Of a DNA stretch of 64,000 bases, positions 25,039 through 37,161 are shown piece after piece. The stretch comes from Gracilinanus agilis. Lineage: Eukaryota. The notes beneath the pieces are model-generated. The model did not search any database and was not told the origin of the DNA. It saw nothing but the letters and a program-made list of their open reading frames with translations. The stretch covers positions 511,488,811-511,552,810 of the forward strand of contig NC_058132.1 in assembly GCF_016433145.1 (NCBI RefSeq), in the 5' to 3' direction. How positions within the stretch are numbered: the stretch's first letter is position 1; each line of letters opens with the position of its first letter. The position numbers and the translations under genes are program-made.

Positions 25039-26489
25039 TGTAACAATTTAACACTAGTCTTTGGTACCCTAAGATCAGTTTTGAGGTTTTGAAAGGAGAG
25101 TTTCTTTGAGGATACAATTCAACTCCACTATTTGATTGAATTAAGAACTAAACCTGGGGCATGTCTGGATAATGGAAAATGCATGTGTACTCTGGGAGGG
25201 CACCAGAAGCCTGTAGATGATTACTTCTTGTCCCATGTGACTCCTGCAGTCTGGCAGACTCACCTCTGATCTGGCCTGAGGTCAAGTGTGCCAAATCAGA
25301 GGGGCTCAGAAAAAGTGACATCACTGAAGGATATAAGTTTGGATCTGGAAAGGAAATAGGCCTTTTTTGCCCAGAACTGAGGAGAGAGGAGGTAGCTAGA
25401 AGAGCAAACTAGATTGCTGCACAGCCGCTCTTTTGTCCTAGAATCATGTTGAGAGGAGGCCGTTAGTGTTATATTGAATCTTTGGGAGCTTGAAATTCAC
25501 TGTTGATTGACAGATAGATCAGTTGTATAGAATGTTCCCAGAGAGGCATGTGGACTCAGGAGAGAGCAGTTGAGAACCCTAAGAGAGGTTCTGGGGTCTT
25601 TTACCTGTCCCTGAGGCTGGAGATCAGTGTGGATCCTGGTCTTTGGAGATAGAGACTTGCAAACACTACCCTGCAAGCTCCTCCTGTGTTTCCTGTATTA
25701 GACCACCATCAGTTCTACTGCCCCTAGATATTAGGAAGTTCATCATCTTAGTTATCTAGGCTTCCCACGGCCCAGGAAGGATCAGGGAAGTGGGCAGGAA
25801 AGAAGAGGGTGGAAAGGGTGAATATATCTCAACCTGATTAGGCTTAAGATCTACTGAAGAAGAAGCTGAAGATTTCACAGCAGTTTGCCTTCTCTGGGTT
25901 AGCCCTGGCCAGGCTGTACCAGAGAGAAGCTATCATCTTGATTCCTCCATTTAGCTGCAGTTAGAGATCCATTAGTGTCAATTTAAAGTAGGGTCTTCCT
26001 TTTACCTCTATCCCACACCATTATCCTTCTTACCAAATATATTTAAAGTTTAAAGTACATTCCTGAATTGATTTCCAAAGCTTATTTGGGAAGGGAGTTA
26101 TGCAGTCAGATTACCAACGTTACCTCAGCTGAAGAGCCCAATAATTAATATCAATTAACCCCAGGTGGATCCTGAAAGGATAAACCACTTTGACCTAAAG
26201 GATCCTGCCGGGGCAACTGTTATAAAGGAGAAATACTATCTTATCATCTTTCTGTACTCCAACTTCATATACATCAAAAGATAGTAGTGTCCTCCTTATA
26301 ATATAACATTAGGTGAGTATGAGCTCAGGGAAGCCCTGGCTAGAGAAAGAGGAGTGTGAAAGGAACATCCAGCCACATTTGGCTGGTGCCTTTTCTTTCT
26401 CTTACCCACTCTTTTAATTTATTTAATAAATTGTAAGTTAAAATCATTTCCAGAGAGTTTTAATATTATTAATTATTAATTTTAATAAT
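25039..26489 (+). mobile_element. Solo LTR (outer) inserted into ERV pol between protease and RT
   Basis: Starts TGTAAC, has TATA-like GATATAAG and AATAAA at ~26425, and a TSD ACCT/ACCA. Removing it restores pol CCT ATT ACC ATT AAA ACT (PITIKT). Confidence 0.75.
25467..26308 (+). mobile_element. Solo LTR (inner, 842 bp) nested in the outer LTR
   Basis: Perfect 9-bp inverted termini TGTTATATT...AATATAACA and an exact 4-bp TSD TTAG (25463-25466 / 26309-26312). Strand is tentative. Confidence 0.88.
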
Positions 26490-27699
26490 ACCATTAAAAC
26501 TACAGTTGCACCCCCACATTCTTTTTCTCCGTATCCCTTGTCCAAAGAAGTTATTGAAGGAATTTAATCTACATTTAACATATTAATAGACAAAGACTTG
26601 TTTATTTCTGTCAAATCCCAATGAAATACATCAATCCTCCTGTTATAACACCTAAGTATAGACCAGATGATGAACCTATTTATCATTTTGTTCAGGATTT
26701 GAATGCAGTTAATTCATATGCCATACCTAGACACCTGTCGGTGCCAAGCCCTGTCACTATCACTTCCTCAGTCCCTTTTGAAGCGATCAGGCTTCACCTC
26801 TATTCTGCTCCCCCCTCCCACATACTGATACATCAAGATTCCCAATTTATATTTGCTTTAGCCTAGAAACAGTCAAAAGTGGACATAGACTCCTTTCCTT
26901 CAAAAGTATGAAGAAAGCTCAACTTTATTTCCTCAAATTTTGCAGTAAGATTTTGACTCCATCATTTTTAAAGTTCTCTAGTTCAATATATAGATGATCT
27001 GCTAGAAGCACCAGATAGAGAGATCTGCCAGGAAGATAATTGTTGTTTATTGTTGGAGCTTCACCAAAGGGGTCATAATGGCTCTAAATCAAAGATGCAG
27101 TGGTATAGTATCTGGGGTTTATTGTAGATATTGGGATTTGATCTATTTCTCCCAAGCATATTCAGTTTATTAAAAAACTTTCTGCCCCCTCCTCTAAATG
27201 GCCACTGAGGACCATCCTAGGGGCATATGGGTGGTGTAGGCACTGGATTCTTTCTTTTAGTCAGATTACCAAGCATCACATGTCTTTAACTAAAAACTTT
27301 GTTCTTGAACTTTGTGGTTAGAGTCCCAATATCTCATAGCTATAGCAGAGCTGAAACAGATTCTATTATCTGCATTTGCATTAGGACTTTGATACTATAA
27401 GCTTTTTGCTCTTTTTATACATGGACAGACAGATGTGGCTTCAGGGTCCTTCCTGCCCAGTAGTTTATGGTTTTGCTCAGTCAGATACTGTGGCTACTGG
27501 AGTTCCATCTTGCCTCCAGGATGTGACTGCCCTTCCTTCATAGAATGTAGAGAAGACTTTTGATCTCATTTTGGGTTCCACTTTAATAGTACAGTGAACT
27601 CATGAAGATGGTCCCTTGCTTCATTATCAACACAACTCTTTTTAGATCAGACTTGCTAAGTATGAAGTGACTTTGCTAGGAAATGAGAACATCACTCTT

Positions 27700-27919
27700 T
27701 TTTGTTTCTTTTTTTTTGTTTTTAAAACCCTTATTTTTCGTTTTAGAATCAATACAGTGTATTGGTTCCAAGACAGGAGAATGGAAAGAGCCAAACAATG
27801 AGGGTTAAGAGACTTTCCCTGGGTCACATAGTTTGCAAGTGTCTGAGGCCAGATTTTAACTCAGGATCCCCCATCTCTGGGCCTGGTTCTCAATCCACTG
27901 AGCCATTTATTTGCCCCTA
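27700..27919 (-). mobile_element. SINE1_Mdo-type SINE inserted in ERV pol
   Basis: Antisense SINE with a 14-bp TSD AGAACATYACTCTT (27686-27699 / 27920-27933). Confidence 0.93.
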
Positions 27920-30900
27920 AGAACATTACTCTTAATCTTTGTATAGTTCTTAATTCCCCAACGTTTTCCTCTGGTTTGCCATTCTCAGGAGAGTTGCTAC
28001 ATGACTGTGCCTCTGCAGTGGAGAAAAAGAACATGGCTAAAAATCCTTGTTATTGTCTACTCTTCTGCCCATATAGAAGGAACTGATTCTATCTCTAGAG
28101 GGAATGAGCATGTTGTGGCTGGTACTGCTACTGCTAAGCTTGCTGTCCTGGAAATCCCAAGTCATATCTTTTATCTCTCACCTTCTAGTGGCACTAACAC
28201 CTCTCTTTCTTATCTGAAGAATAGCAAAAGCAGAAGGAAAAGTTTAAGAGCAAAACATGTTAGCAGGGTCTGGGTATCTGCAAAAAGCAAACCACTCCTT
28301 CCCCAGAACTTCTACCATCAGGTATACTTGTCTGTTCACACAAGTGGTCAGTTTGGCACTCAAGGGATTGTAGATTCAATCAGTATCACAATTCAATCCT
28401 TGTGGATTCTATGACTTTGGGAAATTCCAACTGTTATCAACATGGTACCCATGTGTGTGTCTCTTGCAGTACCTGATAAGAATATCATCAACATGCTTTC
28501 TGTGCCAATGCTTATGATGGGCATTTTCTGACTTCCTTTTAAAATATTTGTTTTCATCTGTATTCCTAAGGCAGGACATCATAAGATTTGCCTTGTTATT
28601 GTTGACCAACATTTAAGATGAGGCAGCATGTTGTAGTGAAAAGACTAGAATTGAAGTGCTCAACTTAGAGACATGGATACTAGGTTCAGATTTTGACTTC
28701 GACACCTTGCTAGGTATGTGACCTTGTAGAGAAATTTAACCTCTCTGGCCTTCGCTTCATACCCTGAAAAACAAGGGAACTGGATTATTTGACCTCCATA
28801 TCCTTTCCAGTTCTAGATCTATGATCCTACTAAGAAAATATCAACAGGGAACTTGTCACTAAGTGTAATAATAATACATTGATGATACTTGGGTATTTGT
28901 ATGACAAAAGTATAAAGGGTAGAAGAGTCAGGGTTTAGAGGAATTGTATGCTAAAAATGAAAGGTAGAGTATTACTGACTTCAAGTAATAAGAAATCAGA
29001 AGCTTTTCAGGTGATACCAAGTATTATAGTAAGGACCATTATCACAATCAAACAGGATTTAAGTATCCATTCTACAATGTGTGATATGATATCGTTAGAT
29101 TTAATATTACACAAAAGAAGAATTGACTCCTGTCTTCAAAAGTTTCAATTTTTAGGTTAAAATACATGTGAAAAATACATCAAATTTTTTAAGAATAGAA
29201 CATAGTATAGAGGTGGTGTGGGAAGATGGAAGAGTAGGGAATGAAGTTTCCTCAATCTCCCAATAACTCTCACAACCAAAAATAACCTCACAGAATCAAT
29301 AGTAAAAGTAGTAAAAACAAATAAGAGTCAGGAGTGAAGCTGAATAGCCAAGGACAACTAGGGAGGAAGGTTTCTTACTTCCCTAGTCTCAGTCTCACCA
29401 CAGCAGCCCAGAAGGCCCTGGGAGCAAGCACAGAGCAAAGAATTAATAAAACAACCCTTAGGGCAGGATTGGTAACTTTGCCTTTGTTCCTGAGACCAGG
29501 AGTATTTAGGAGGATACTCCTGGAATCTGCAGGTGAAGCGCCTGGGACCAGTTGTGTTAGTGGAGGCCTTGGCTGAGGAGACCCCCACTGGCCCACAACT
29601 ATGGATTGAAGAAGTAGACACCACAGAGACCACCTGTGCCAGACCCTAAGAGCAGGATCTCATCCTCCTTGCTCTATCCCAGGCCATGGCAGTGGAAGAG
29701 GAGGAGTAAGGAAGGAGCATACACTGGTGAGTGTGCTTGCTGAGGGACTGGGGCCCCATAAACTGTGATCATTGCTAGGTGACTGAGGTCCCTGGTTGTT
29801 GCCACAAGAGGAGGTGGCCTGTCTACTTGCAGTTGCAGTGGCAGAACTGCACAAAGGCTCTGATTAGAGCACCTGAAACTAATCATGGACTGGGACTTAA
29901 GTAGGAAACCTGAAATTACATCAGACTCTGGACTATAAAAATTAGAATAACTAAATAGGGTCCAGGGAAAAAAACAAACCCCCCCAAAATCCTGAAACCT
30001 GAGGCAACATATACCAGTACTATAGGAATCCAGGGAGTCCAGCAAAAAACCAATATTGAAGTCTATTGCAATCGCTGCTAAAATACAAAAAATTTTAAAA
30101 AGCAACCAAAGGAGAAGGAACCCAACTATTGATAGCTACTATGGGGACAGAGAAGATCTTGGTTCAAACTCAGAGGACAATGAAGTAAAAATACCTACTT
30201 CAAAAAACAGTAAAGAAATACAACAAAGGGCTCAAAGATCAAAAGGAGCTTTGAAAGAGCTTTAAAAAAGACCTAAAAAACCAAATGAGAGAGATTGAGG
30301 AAAAACTAGATAAAAATAAAGGAATGCAAGAAAATCAAGAAAATTATGAAAGAAAGATCACTCAAATGAAAAAAAGAGATTCAGAAATTCACAGAAGAAA
30401 ATAATCAATTAAAAAGTAGAATTGGACAAGAGGAAGTTAATGATTTCTTAAAACAAAAAATAATAAAATAAAGAATGAAATAATGGGAAAAAGTATGAAA
30501 CATCTTATCACAAACACAACTGGCTTAGACAATATATCAAGGAGAGACAATATAAGAATAGTTGAACTTCCAGAAAGTCACTATCAAAAAAAGAATTTAG
30601 AAACCATACTCCAAAATATCATCAAGAAAACATCCAGAAATTCTAGAATCAGAGGGTAAAATGGAAATGGAAAGAATCCACCAATCACTGCCTCAAAAGA
30701 TTCAAAGATGAAAACACACAGGAAGATCATTGCATAACTCACAAGTAAAAGAAAAATATTACAAGCAAGAAGAAAAATGCAATTTAAATACTGCAGAGCT
30801 AAATCAGAATAACATAAGACTTAACAGTTTCAACATTAAAAGAACACAGGTGTAGAACAAAAGAATTGAACTTATGATCAAGAATAACATATCCAGCAAA

Positions 30901-31941
30901 ACTGTGTATAATTATGAAAGGTAAAAAATAGATATTTAATGAACTAAAGGAGTTTCAAACTATTCCTAGGGGAAAACCCAGGACTCAGTAGAAAATTTGA
31001 TCTGTATGAAACATACAAAGGTAATGATGAAAGTCTAATTGTAAGTGGTCCAAAATGTCAAAATGTTTGATTTTTGTATGGGATAATGTTATCCAGGGCC
31101 CCTGGGTATAGCATCATTGCCTGGGTATTTCGAAAGGGCATATATGGATGGAAAACTTGAGGACAAGGTCAATGCAATGGAATGAGCCAAGTAGAGTAGG
31201 ATTAGAGTACAGCCAAGGAGTAGATTAGGAGGAGGTATGGTGGAATATCTACCTCATATGGAGGAAGAATGAGTGAAGGTACTGCCATGAAGAAGGGAGG
31301 AGTGGGTGGAGGGCTACTACTACTAGAACCCTACTATCATCAGATATGGGATAAATAGAGAACAACATACAAAATTAGAAAGGTAAAAATCTTAACACAG
31401 ATAGGACTAGGAGGGGAAGTGAGGGAATAAGGAGGGGCTGGGATAGGACAAGGGAGGGACCAAGAAAAATAAAGTCCTTTAAGAGACTGAGGGACCAAGA
31501 GAAGGAAGATTAAATTAAGAGAAAGGAGAGCAAGGCAATAAGAAAAGGAAGAGTTACTGAAAAGGGAGTACAAATCAAAAAATTGGGGGGGGGTATAAGG
31601 TAAGTGGTTAAAGAAAGGACTCAGGAAGATGAATAGATGGATAGGCAGATAAAAGATAAGAAGAAAAAGACAAGGAGGACCCTGAGAAAAGTGAGTCAAT
31701 TTGGATCTAGGAGGGCAAATGGAGAGGATAATGGAAGATTTCTAAGAAGGGTGCAAATTGGAGAGATAGCAGACGGAAGAAATTGGACATCTGAGGAGCA
31801 ATACAACAAAAAGAAAGAAAGTGAGAAAAAACAGAATGGAGGGAAATACACAACTAGTAATTATGAGATTGAATGTGAATGGGATGAATTCACCCATAAA
31901 ATAAAAATGGAGAGCAGAATGGATCAAAAATAAAACCCCCA

Positions 31942-32723
31942 TGTAAAAGAAAATATACCTCCCAAAGGAGATATATTTATAGAAAAGTACCTAGATGGGT
32001 TAGATAGAGAAAACCCACCCAGAAACTTTTCATGGCAAGTAAAGCACAAAACCCATGAGACAATAAGGAAATTAAGTTTATTTAGGTAATATTGAGATTA
32101 GGGGAAATGGTAGGTAAGGTCCTAACTCTACACAGCTCTATCTCCTCCCACTTTCTATGTTCCCCTCATGGAGACACTCTTCTGATCTTCTCTAGCTCTC
32201 CTTAATAACTCCCTGATCTGTCTAGACCCCAAAAGCTACCTGACTATCATTAAACTAACTATCCCAGATTGTCTTTAAAATGGTTCAGGATACAGGACTT
32301 ACAAGTGGGCTGAGTTCTTCCCAAGCCTGGGGTTGACTTCCTAGGTAAAACCCAAAGTCCCAGATGAAAAACCCTTGGGTTTACCTTAGGCAAGTTGTCA
32401 CAAACCAATTGTTCTCAGCCAGATAGTTACAGCACTTCAGGGAAACACAGAGATCTTCTTCCAGGACTTTCTCCAAACCCAAGAACCTACTAATCTTTCC
32501 ACAAGACTAGTTAGTTCCCAGGATATGTTAGAGCAACTGTACTCCCAGCTCAGAGAGAGGCAGGTTTAGGAGTGGCGGTTAACCTCAGTTAACTCCCAAG
32601 ACCCTCCTCTGCAATGCCTTCTCCTTCCAGAATTTTTTCCCAGGGCCTGTGTTTAAATTCTCTTCCTTCCCCTTAGAGACAAACTATGCATTTCCTCCCT
32701 ATCCCTTATCCCTTATCCTTACA
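31942..32723 (-). mobile_element. Solo LTR (782 bp) inserted in the L1 endonuclease
   Basis: TG...CA termini, 4-bp TSD CCCA/CCTA and a minus-strand AATAAA near 32078; excision restores L1 K-T-P-M-I-C-Y-L-Q-E-T-H-L in frame. Confidence 0.88.
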
Positions 32724-34247
32724 CCTATGATATGTTATTTACAAGAAACACACTTAAAAATGACAGACAAAAGTAAAGCACAGAGCAGAGTATACTGTGC
32801 CTCAGCTGATACAAAGAAAGCAAAGGCAGCAATCATGATCTCTGACAAAGTTAAAGCTAGAACAGATATAATAAAAAATGATAAACAGGGAAATTATATT
32901 ATGTTAAAAGGAACCATTCATTTTAAATCTATATGCAGTTTATTGTATACAATTTTTATTGCTTTATGGTCTGAGGTTGCATTTAATATTCTTGCTTTTC
33001 TGCATTTTATAATATTTTTATGCTCTAAATGCTTATATTAATAAAATAGAGAAGGAAAAGATGAATGAACTGGGAATGCAAAACTAGTAAAGGAACAAAT
33101 TTAAAATCCCCAACTAAACACAATATTAGAAATCCTAAATGTTAAGGTGAGATCAAGAAAACTGAATTTAAGAATATTATTGAATGAACAAATGAATTTA
33201 GGAGTTGGTTTTATGAAAAAAATCAACAAAGTTGATAAACCATTGCTTAACCTAATAAAAGAGAGAAGAAAACCAAATCACTAGCATTAAAGATGAAAAG
33301 GGTCAATATAAACCAATGGAGATGAAATTAAAGTAATTACAAGGAGATATTTTGCTCAATTATCTGAAAAAAAATTTAACAATGAAAGAGACATAGAAGA
33401 ACACTTACAAAAAAATTAACTAGATTATCAGAGCAAGAAACAGAATACCAAAGTAAATCTATTTTAAAAGAAGCCATAAATGAACTTCCTAAGAAAAAAG
33501 CATTAGACCAAATGGATTTGCAGGAGAATTCTACCAAACATTTAAGGATCCACTAATTCCAATATTAAACCAATTATTTTAAATAACAGGTAAAGAAGTT
33601 TTATAACAAACACTTTTATGAAATAAAAATGGTGATGATACCTAAACCAGGAGCAAAAACAGAAAGAAAATTATATGCCAATCTCATTATTGAATATGTA
33701 TGCAAAAATCTTAAATAAAATACTAGCTAGGGGACTACAACAATATGTCACAAAGATAATGCATTGTTACCAAACAGGATTTATGCCAGGAATACAGGGA
33801 TGGCTTAATATAAAGAAACTATCAACATAATTGATGATGACTAACAAAAGTAATAAAAACTAAATGATTATATCAGTGGATACAGAAAAAGTCTTTGATA
33901 AAATATAAGACTCATTCCCATTAAAATCACTGGAAAGCATAGGCACAAATGGATTTTTTTCTTAAATGATAAGAAGCATCTACCTAAAACCATCAACAAG
34001 TGTTATGTGTGATGGGGAGTATAAAGGAACCTTTCTGGAAAGGTCAGAAGTAAAACAAGGATTCCAATTGTCACCAATATTATTTAACAAAGTATTAGAA
34101 ATGCCAAAAATAACAATAAAAAGGAAAAAGAAATCGAAGGAATTAAAATGGTCAAAAAGGTAATAAAACTATCTTTGCTAATGACATACAGATATATGTA
34201 GAAAATCCTAGAAATTCAAGTATAAAATTAATTGAAACTATCAATAA

Positions 34248-34765
34248 TTTTATTTTATTTTAGCTTTTTATTATTTATTATTTTTAAAGTTTTTATTTTG
34301 AATATTTTCCCATAGTTACATATTTCATTTTCTTTTCCTCTCCCCTAAACCCCCTAACCCCTCTTAGCCAATGTGCAATTTCACTGGGTTTTACATGTAT
34401 CATTGATCAAGACCCAATTCCATATTATTGATAGTTGGGCTAGAGTTATCATTTAGTGACTAAATCCCCAATAATAGTCCCATCAGCCCATGTGTTCATG
34501 CAGTTGTTTTTCTTCTGTGTTTCTCCTCCCATAGTTCTTCCTCTGAATGTGGCTAGTTTTCTTTCTCATAAGTCATTCAGCCTTGCTCTGGATCCTTGCA
34601 TTGCTGCTAGTAGAGAAGTCCTTTATGTTCAATTGTACCACAGTGTATCAGTCTCTGTGTACAATGTTCTCCTGGTTCTGCTCCTTTCACTCTGCCTCAA
34701 TTCCTGGAGGTCATTCCAGTTCACATGGAATTCCTCCAGTTCTTTATTCCTTTGAGCACAATAGT
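34248..34765 (-). mobile_element. Young antisense L1 3' end inside the old L1
   Basis: Same L1 3' UTR as 12015-12467 in reverse, with poly(T) on the left; no TSD visible. Confidence 0.93.
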
Positions 34766-35224
34766 ATAATAAGGAAAAAGTTAATATAATTAAAATGACA
34801 GTCTTAAACTAATCTACCTATTCAAAGTCATTTCAATTAAATTACCAAAAAATATGTATATATTTGAAAATAAGAATATCTATTTGCATAAGAAATTCAT
34901 TTACAAAGGGCATTTGCTTACATATTATACTGAGCCACTTAATGAGAATATAGGATTATTTTGCAGCTTCCAAAGAGCAGAAGCAAAGTGAAGGTGTTGA
35001 AATTTCTTCCTTTGATCTGGTTCTACAAGTGAATTAATTGAATTCTTGGAATAATAATTTTATAGGCCCTGCACATGTCTATGGCCCATAGATTAACATC
35101 CACCACTCTGTTCTAATCTTCATGGATCTCAATTCTGTCATTTCCCATACTAGTAAAAATTCACGGGTTTAGTTATTTGCAAATTTTATAAGCAAGTCAT
35201 TTACACCATCCTTACATGTGATCG

Positions 35225-35720
35225 ATCAATCAACAAACATTTGTTAAACACCTACTATGTGTTAGGCACTGGGAAATCAAAGATAAATTTAAACAATTTT
35301 TTTTCCCTGAAGAAGCTTCATTCTGTCCAGAAAAACATCATGTCTTTATAGGGATAAAGTGAAGAGAAGGAACTTACAGGGAGAGATAGTTATAACTAGG
35401 AGGATCAAGAAGGCTGCAGGTAGGAAAATTAAATTTTGAAGGAAGCTAGGGATTTTAAGAGATGAAGGTGAGGGGGAAAAGCATTGCACGTATAGGTGAC
35501 AGCTGGTAGAAAGGTGCAGAAATAAGAGATTTATTCTAGATTATTTTTCAATATGGAGCAACAGGAAGGGCAATTTATTTGGACTGTAGAGAATGTAAAA
35601 AAAAAAGATTTAGCAAAATTGGAAAAGTAGGTTAGTTTGGGGTGGGTTTAAATATTAACCTACAGAATTTATATTTTATCCTACTGACAATAGGAAACCA
35701 GTGAGAAGAGAATGAGAAGA
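35225..35720 (-). mobile_element. L2 3' fragment
   Basis: CAATCAACAAACATTTGTTAAACACCTACTATGTGTTAGGCACTGGG is the L2 tail in reverse, followed by typical purine-rich L2 sequence. Confidence 0.75.
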
Positions 35721-35819
35721 AAAACAACATGGCCAGAGCTATGTTTTATGAATAAGCTCTGAAGAGGTTGGATGAGGTAGAAGAAAGACAAGGAGACCAG
35801 TTGATAGTATATTGCAGAA

Positions 35820-36600
35820 ATTCAGATGATTGCTGAGTGAAACACTGATGAAAATGTTAAAAGGATCAGGCAAGGCCAGATCTATAGGGAATGCCATTGA
35901 AAGCCTCTCTCAAAATTGACACTGATTCACTAATCGCTAGTTCTGAAACTATCCAACTGAATGATAATCAGCTCCATCTCTTCATACTATCCATCATGAG
36001 GGAATCTATGAAATATATTGCTTAAAATTGGATATTCTATGCCTATGACATTCTCTTTTTCTGCCATGCTAGTAAATATGCCCAAGAAAGAATGAGGTTA
36101 ATCTGCCATGGTCTTAACAGACCAACATTTGCCCTTTAGGATCACCATTTCTCTTTCTCCCTTTTTGAATGCTCCTGAAGTTTAATAAAATGTTCTTGTC
36201 AGGAATTAGTCAGGTTCATTTATTTATTGATTAAATGATGACCCATCTTACTCTTCTTTATCTCCATGATTATCGTCATAATTCTTTTTTTCTCCTCCTT
36301 CCCCCTCCCCAAATAATTCTCCTCAAATGGGGATCACCTTGGATGACATACATTCTTGTAGCATCTGTTCTATTTGAAAAGGGCACCAGGAATCAATCAC
36401 ACTCAACAATTCTTTTAGTCTGTCATGATATAGTGTATATCCAAGTCTCGCGACTTGAACTCATTAAGAATTTATAGATACTTTCTTATCATTTCCTCAG
36501 CAATCTTAGGTTTAAATTCCTTACTGTTAATTTCTTTTTAAAAATTCACCCAAGTTCAAGGGTCATTCTTTAGTCTAAAGAAAACAAAAGCAAAGTAAGA
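35820..36600 (-). mobile_element. CR1/L3 ORF2 RT relic
   Basis: Minus frames read KPKIAEEMIRKYL.ILNEFKS, RLKELLSVI, NVIGIEYPILSNIFHRFPHD (cf. NAVDIVYLDFSKAFDKVSHD) and NGIPYRSGL...FNIFI (cf. SGVPQGSVLGP.LFNIFI). Confidence 0.75.
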
Positions 36601-36633
36601 CTCCATTATTCTTGTGCATACCACCTTGAACCT

Positions 36634-37161
36634 NNNNNNNNNNNNNNNNNNNNNNNNNNNNNNNNNNNNNNNNNNNNNNNNNNNNNNNNNNNNNNNNNNN
36701 NNNNNNNNNNNNNNNNNNNNNNNNNNNNNNNNNNNNNNNNNNNNNNNNNNNNNNNNNNNNNNNNNNNNNNNNNNNNNNNNNNNNNNNNNNNNNNNNNNNN
36801 NNNNNNNNNNNNNNNNNNNNNNNNNNNNNNNNNNNNNNNNNNNNNNNNNNNNNNNNNNNNNNNNNNNNNNNNNNNNNNNNNNNNNNNNNNNNNNNNNNNN
36901 NNNNNNNNNNNNNNNNNNNNNNNNNNNNNNNNNNNNNNNNNNNNNNNNNNNNNNNNNNNNNNNNNNNNNNNNNNNNNNNNNNNNNNNNNNNNNNNNNNNN
37001 NNNNNNNNNNNNNNNNNNNNNNNNNNNNNNNNNNNNNNNNNNNNNNNNNNNNNNNNNNNNNNNNNNNNNNNNNNNNNNNNNNNNNNNNNNNNNNNNNNNN
37101 NNNNNNNNNNNNNNNNNNNNNNNNNNNNNNNNNNNNNNNNNNNNNNNNNNNNNNNNNNNNN
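36634..37161. other. Assembly gap (528 N)
   Basis: Run of N. Confidence 1.

Larger units (their letters stand above)
22760..28612 (+). mobile_element. Decayed class I (gamma-like) ERV internal region: gag-pro-pol, truncated within integrase
   Basis: gag start ATGAGAGCCAAGGGTAGTAAG (22872), in frame with TPLG; zinc knuckle CFYCKKGGHISPES (24368-24409); protease YDGLLDSWAS (24667-24696); RT YHFVQDLNAVN and VQYIDDLL (YIDD at 26987-26998); RNase H SAHIEGTDSISRGN; IN IPKAGHHKICLVIVDQ. Many stops and frameshifts. Confidence 0.93.
29209..34875 (+). mobile_element. Old near full-length L1 (5' UTR, ORF1, GA-rich spacer, ORF2 EN-RT; 3' end missing)
   Basis: 5' UTR head GGGAAGATGGAAGAGTAGG; ORF1 relic NPTIDSYYGDREDLGSNSEDN (~30120); ORF2 LNVNGMNSPIK...WIKNKTPMICYLQETHL; RT LFANDIQIYVENP; last piece NIIKMTVL. 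Confidence 0.92.

Noticed and set aside
29358-30105. Antisense ORFs in the L1 5' UTR (ORF0-like)
   Set aside because: GC-richer UTR sequence gives open frames by chance; ORF0 is described for primate L1 and nothing here matches it.
31340-31942. ORFs in the purine-rich L1 inter-ORF spacer
   Set aside because: Compositional artefact of the GA-rich spacer.
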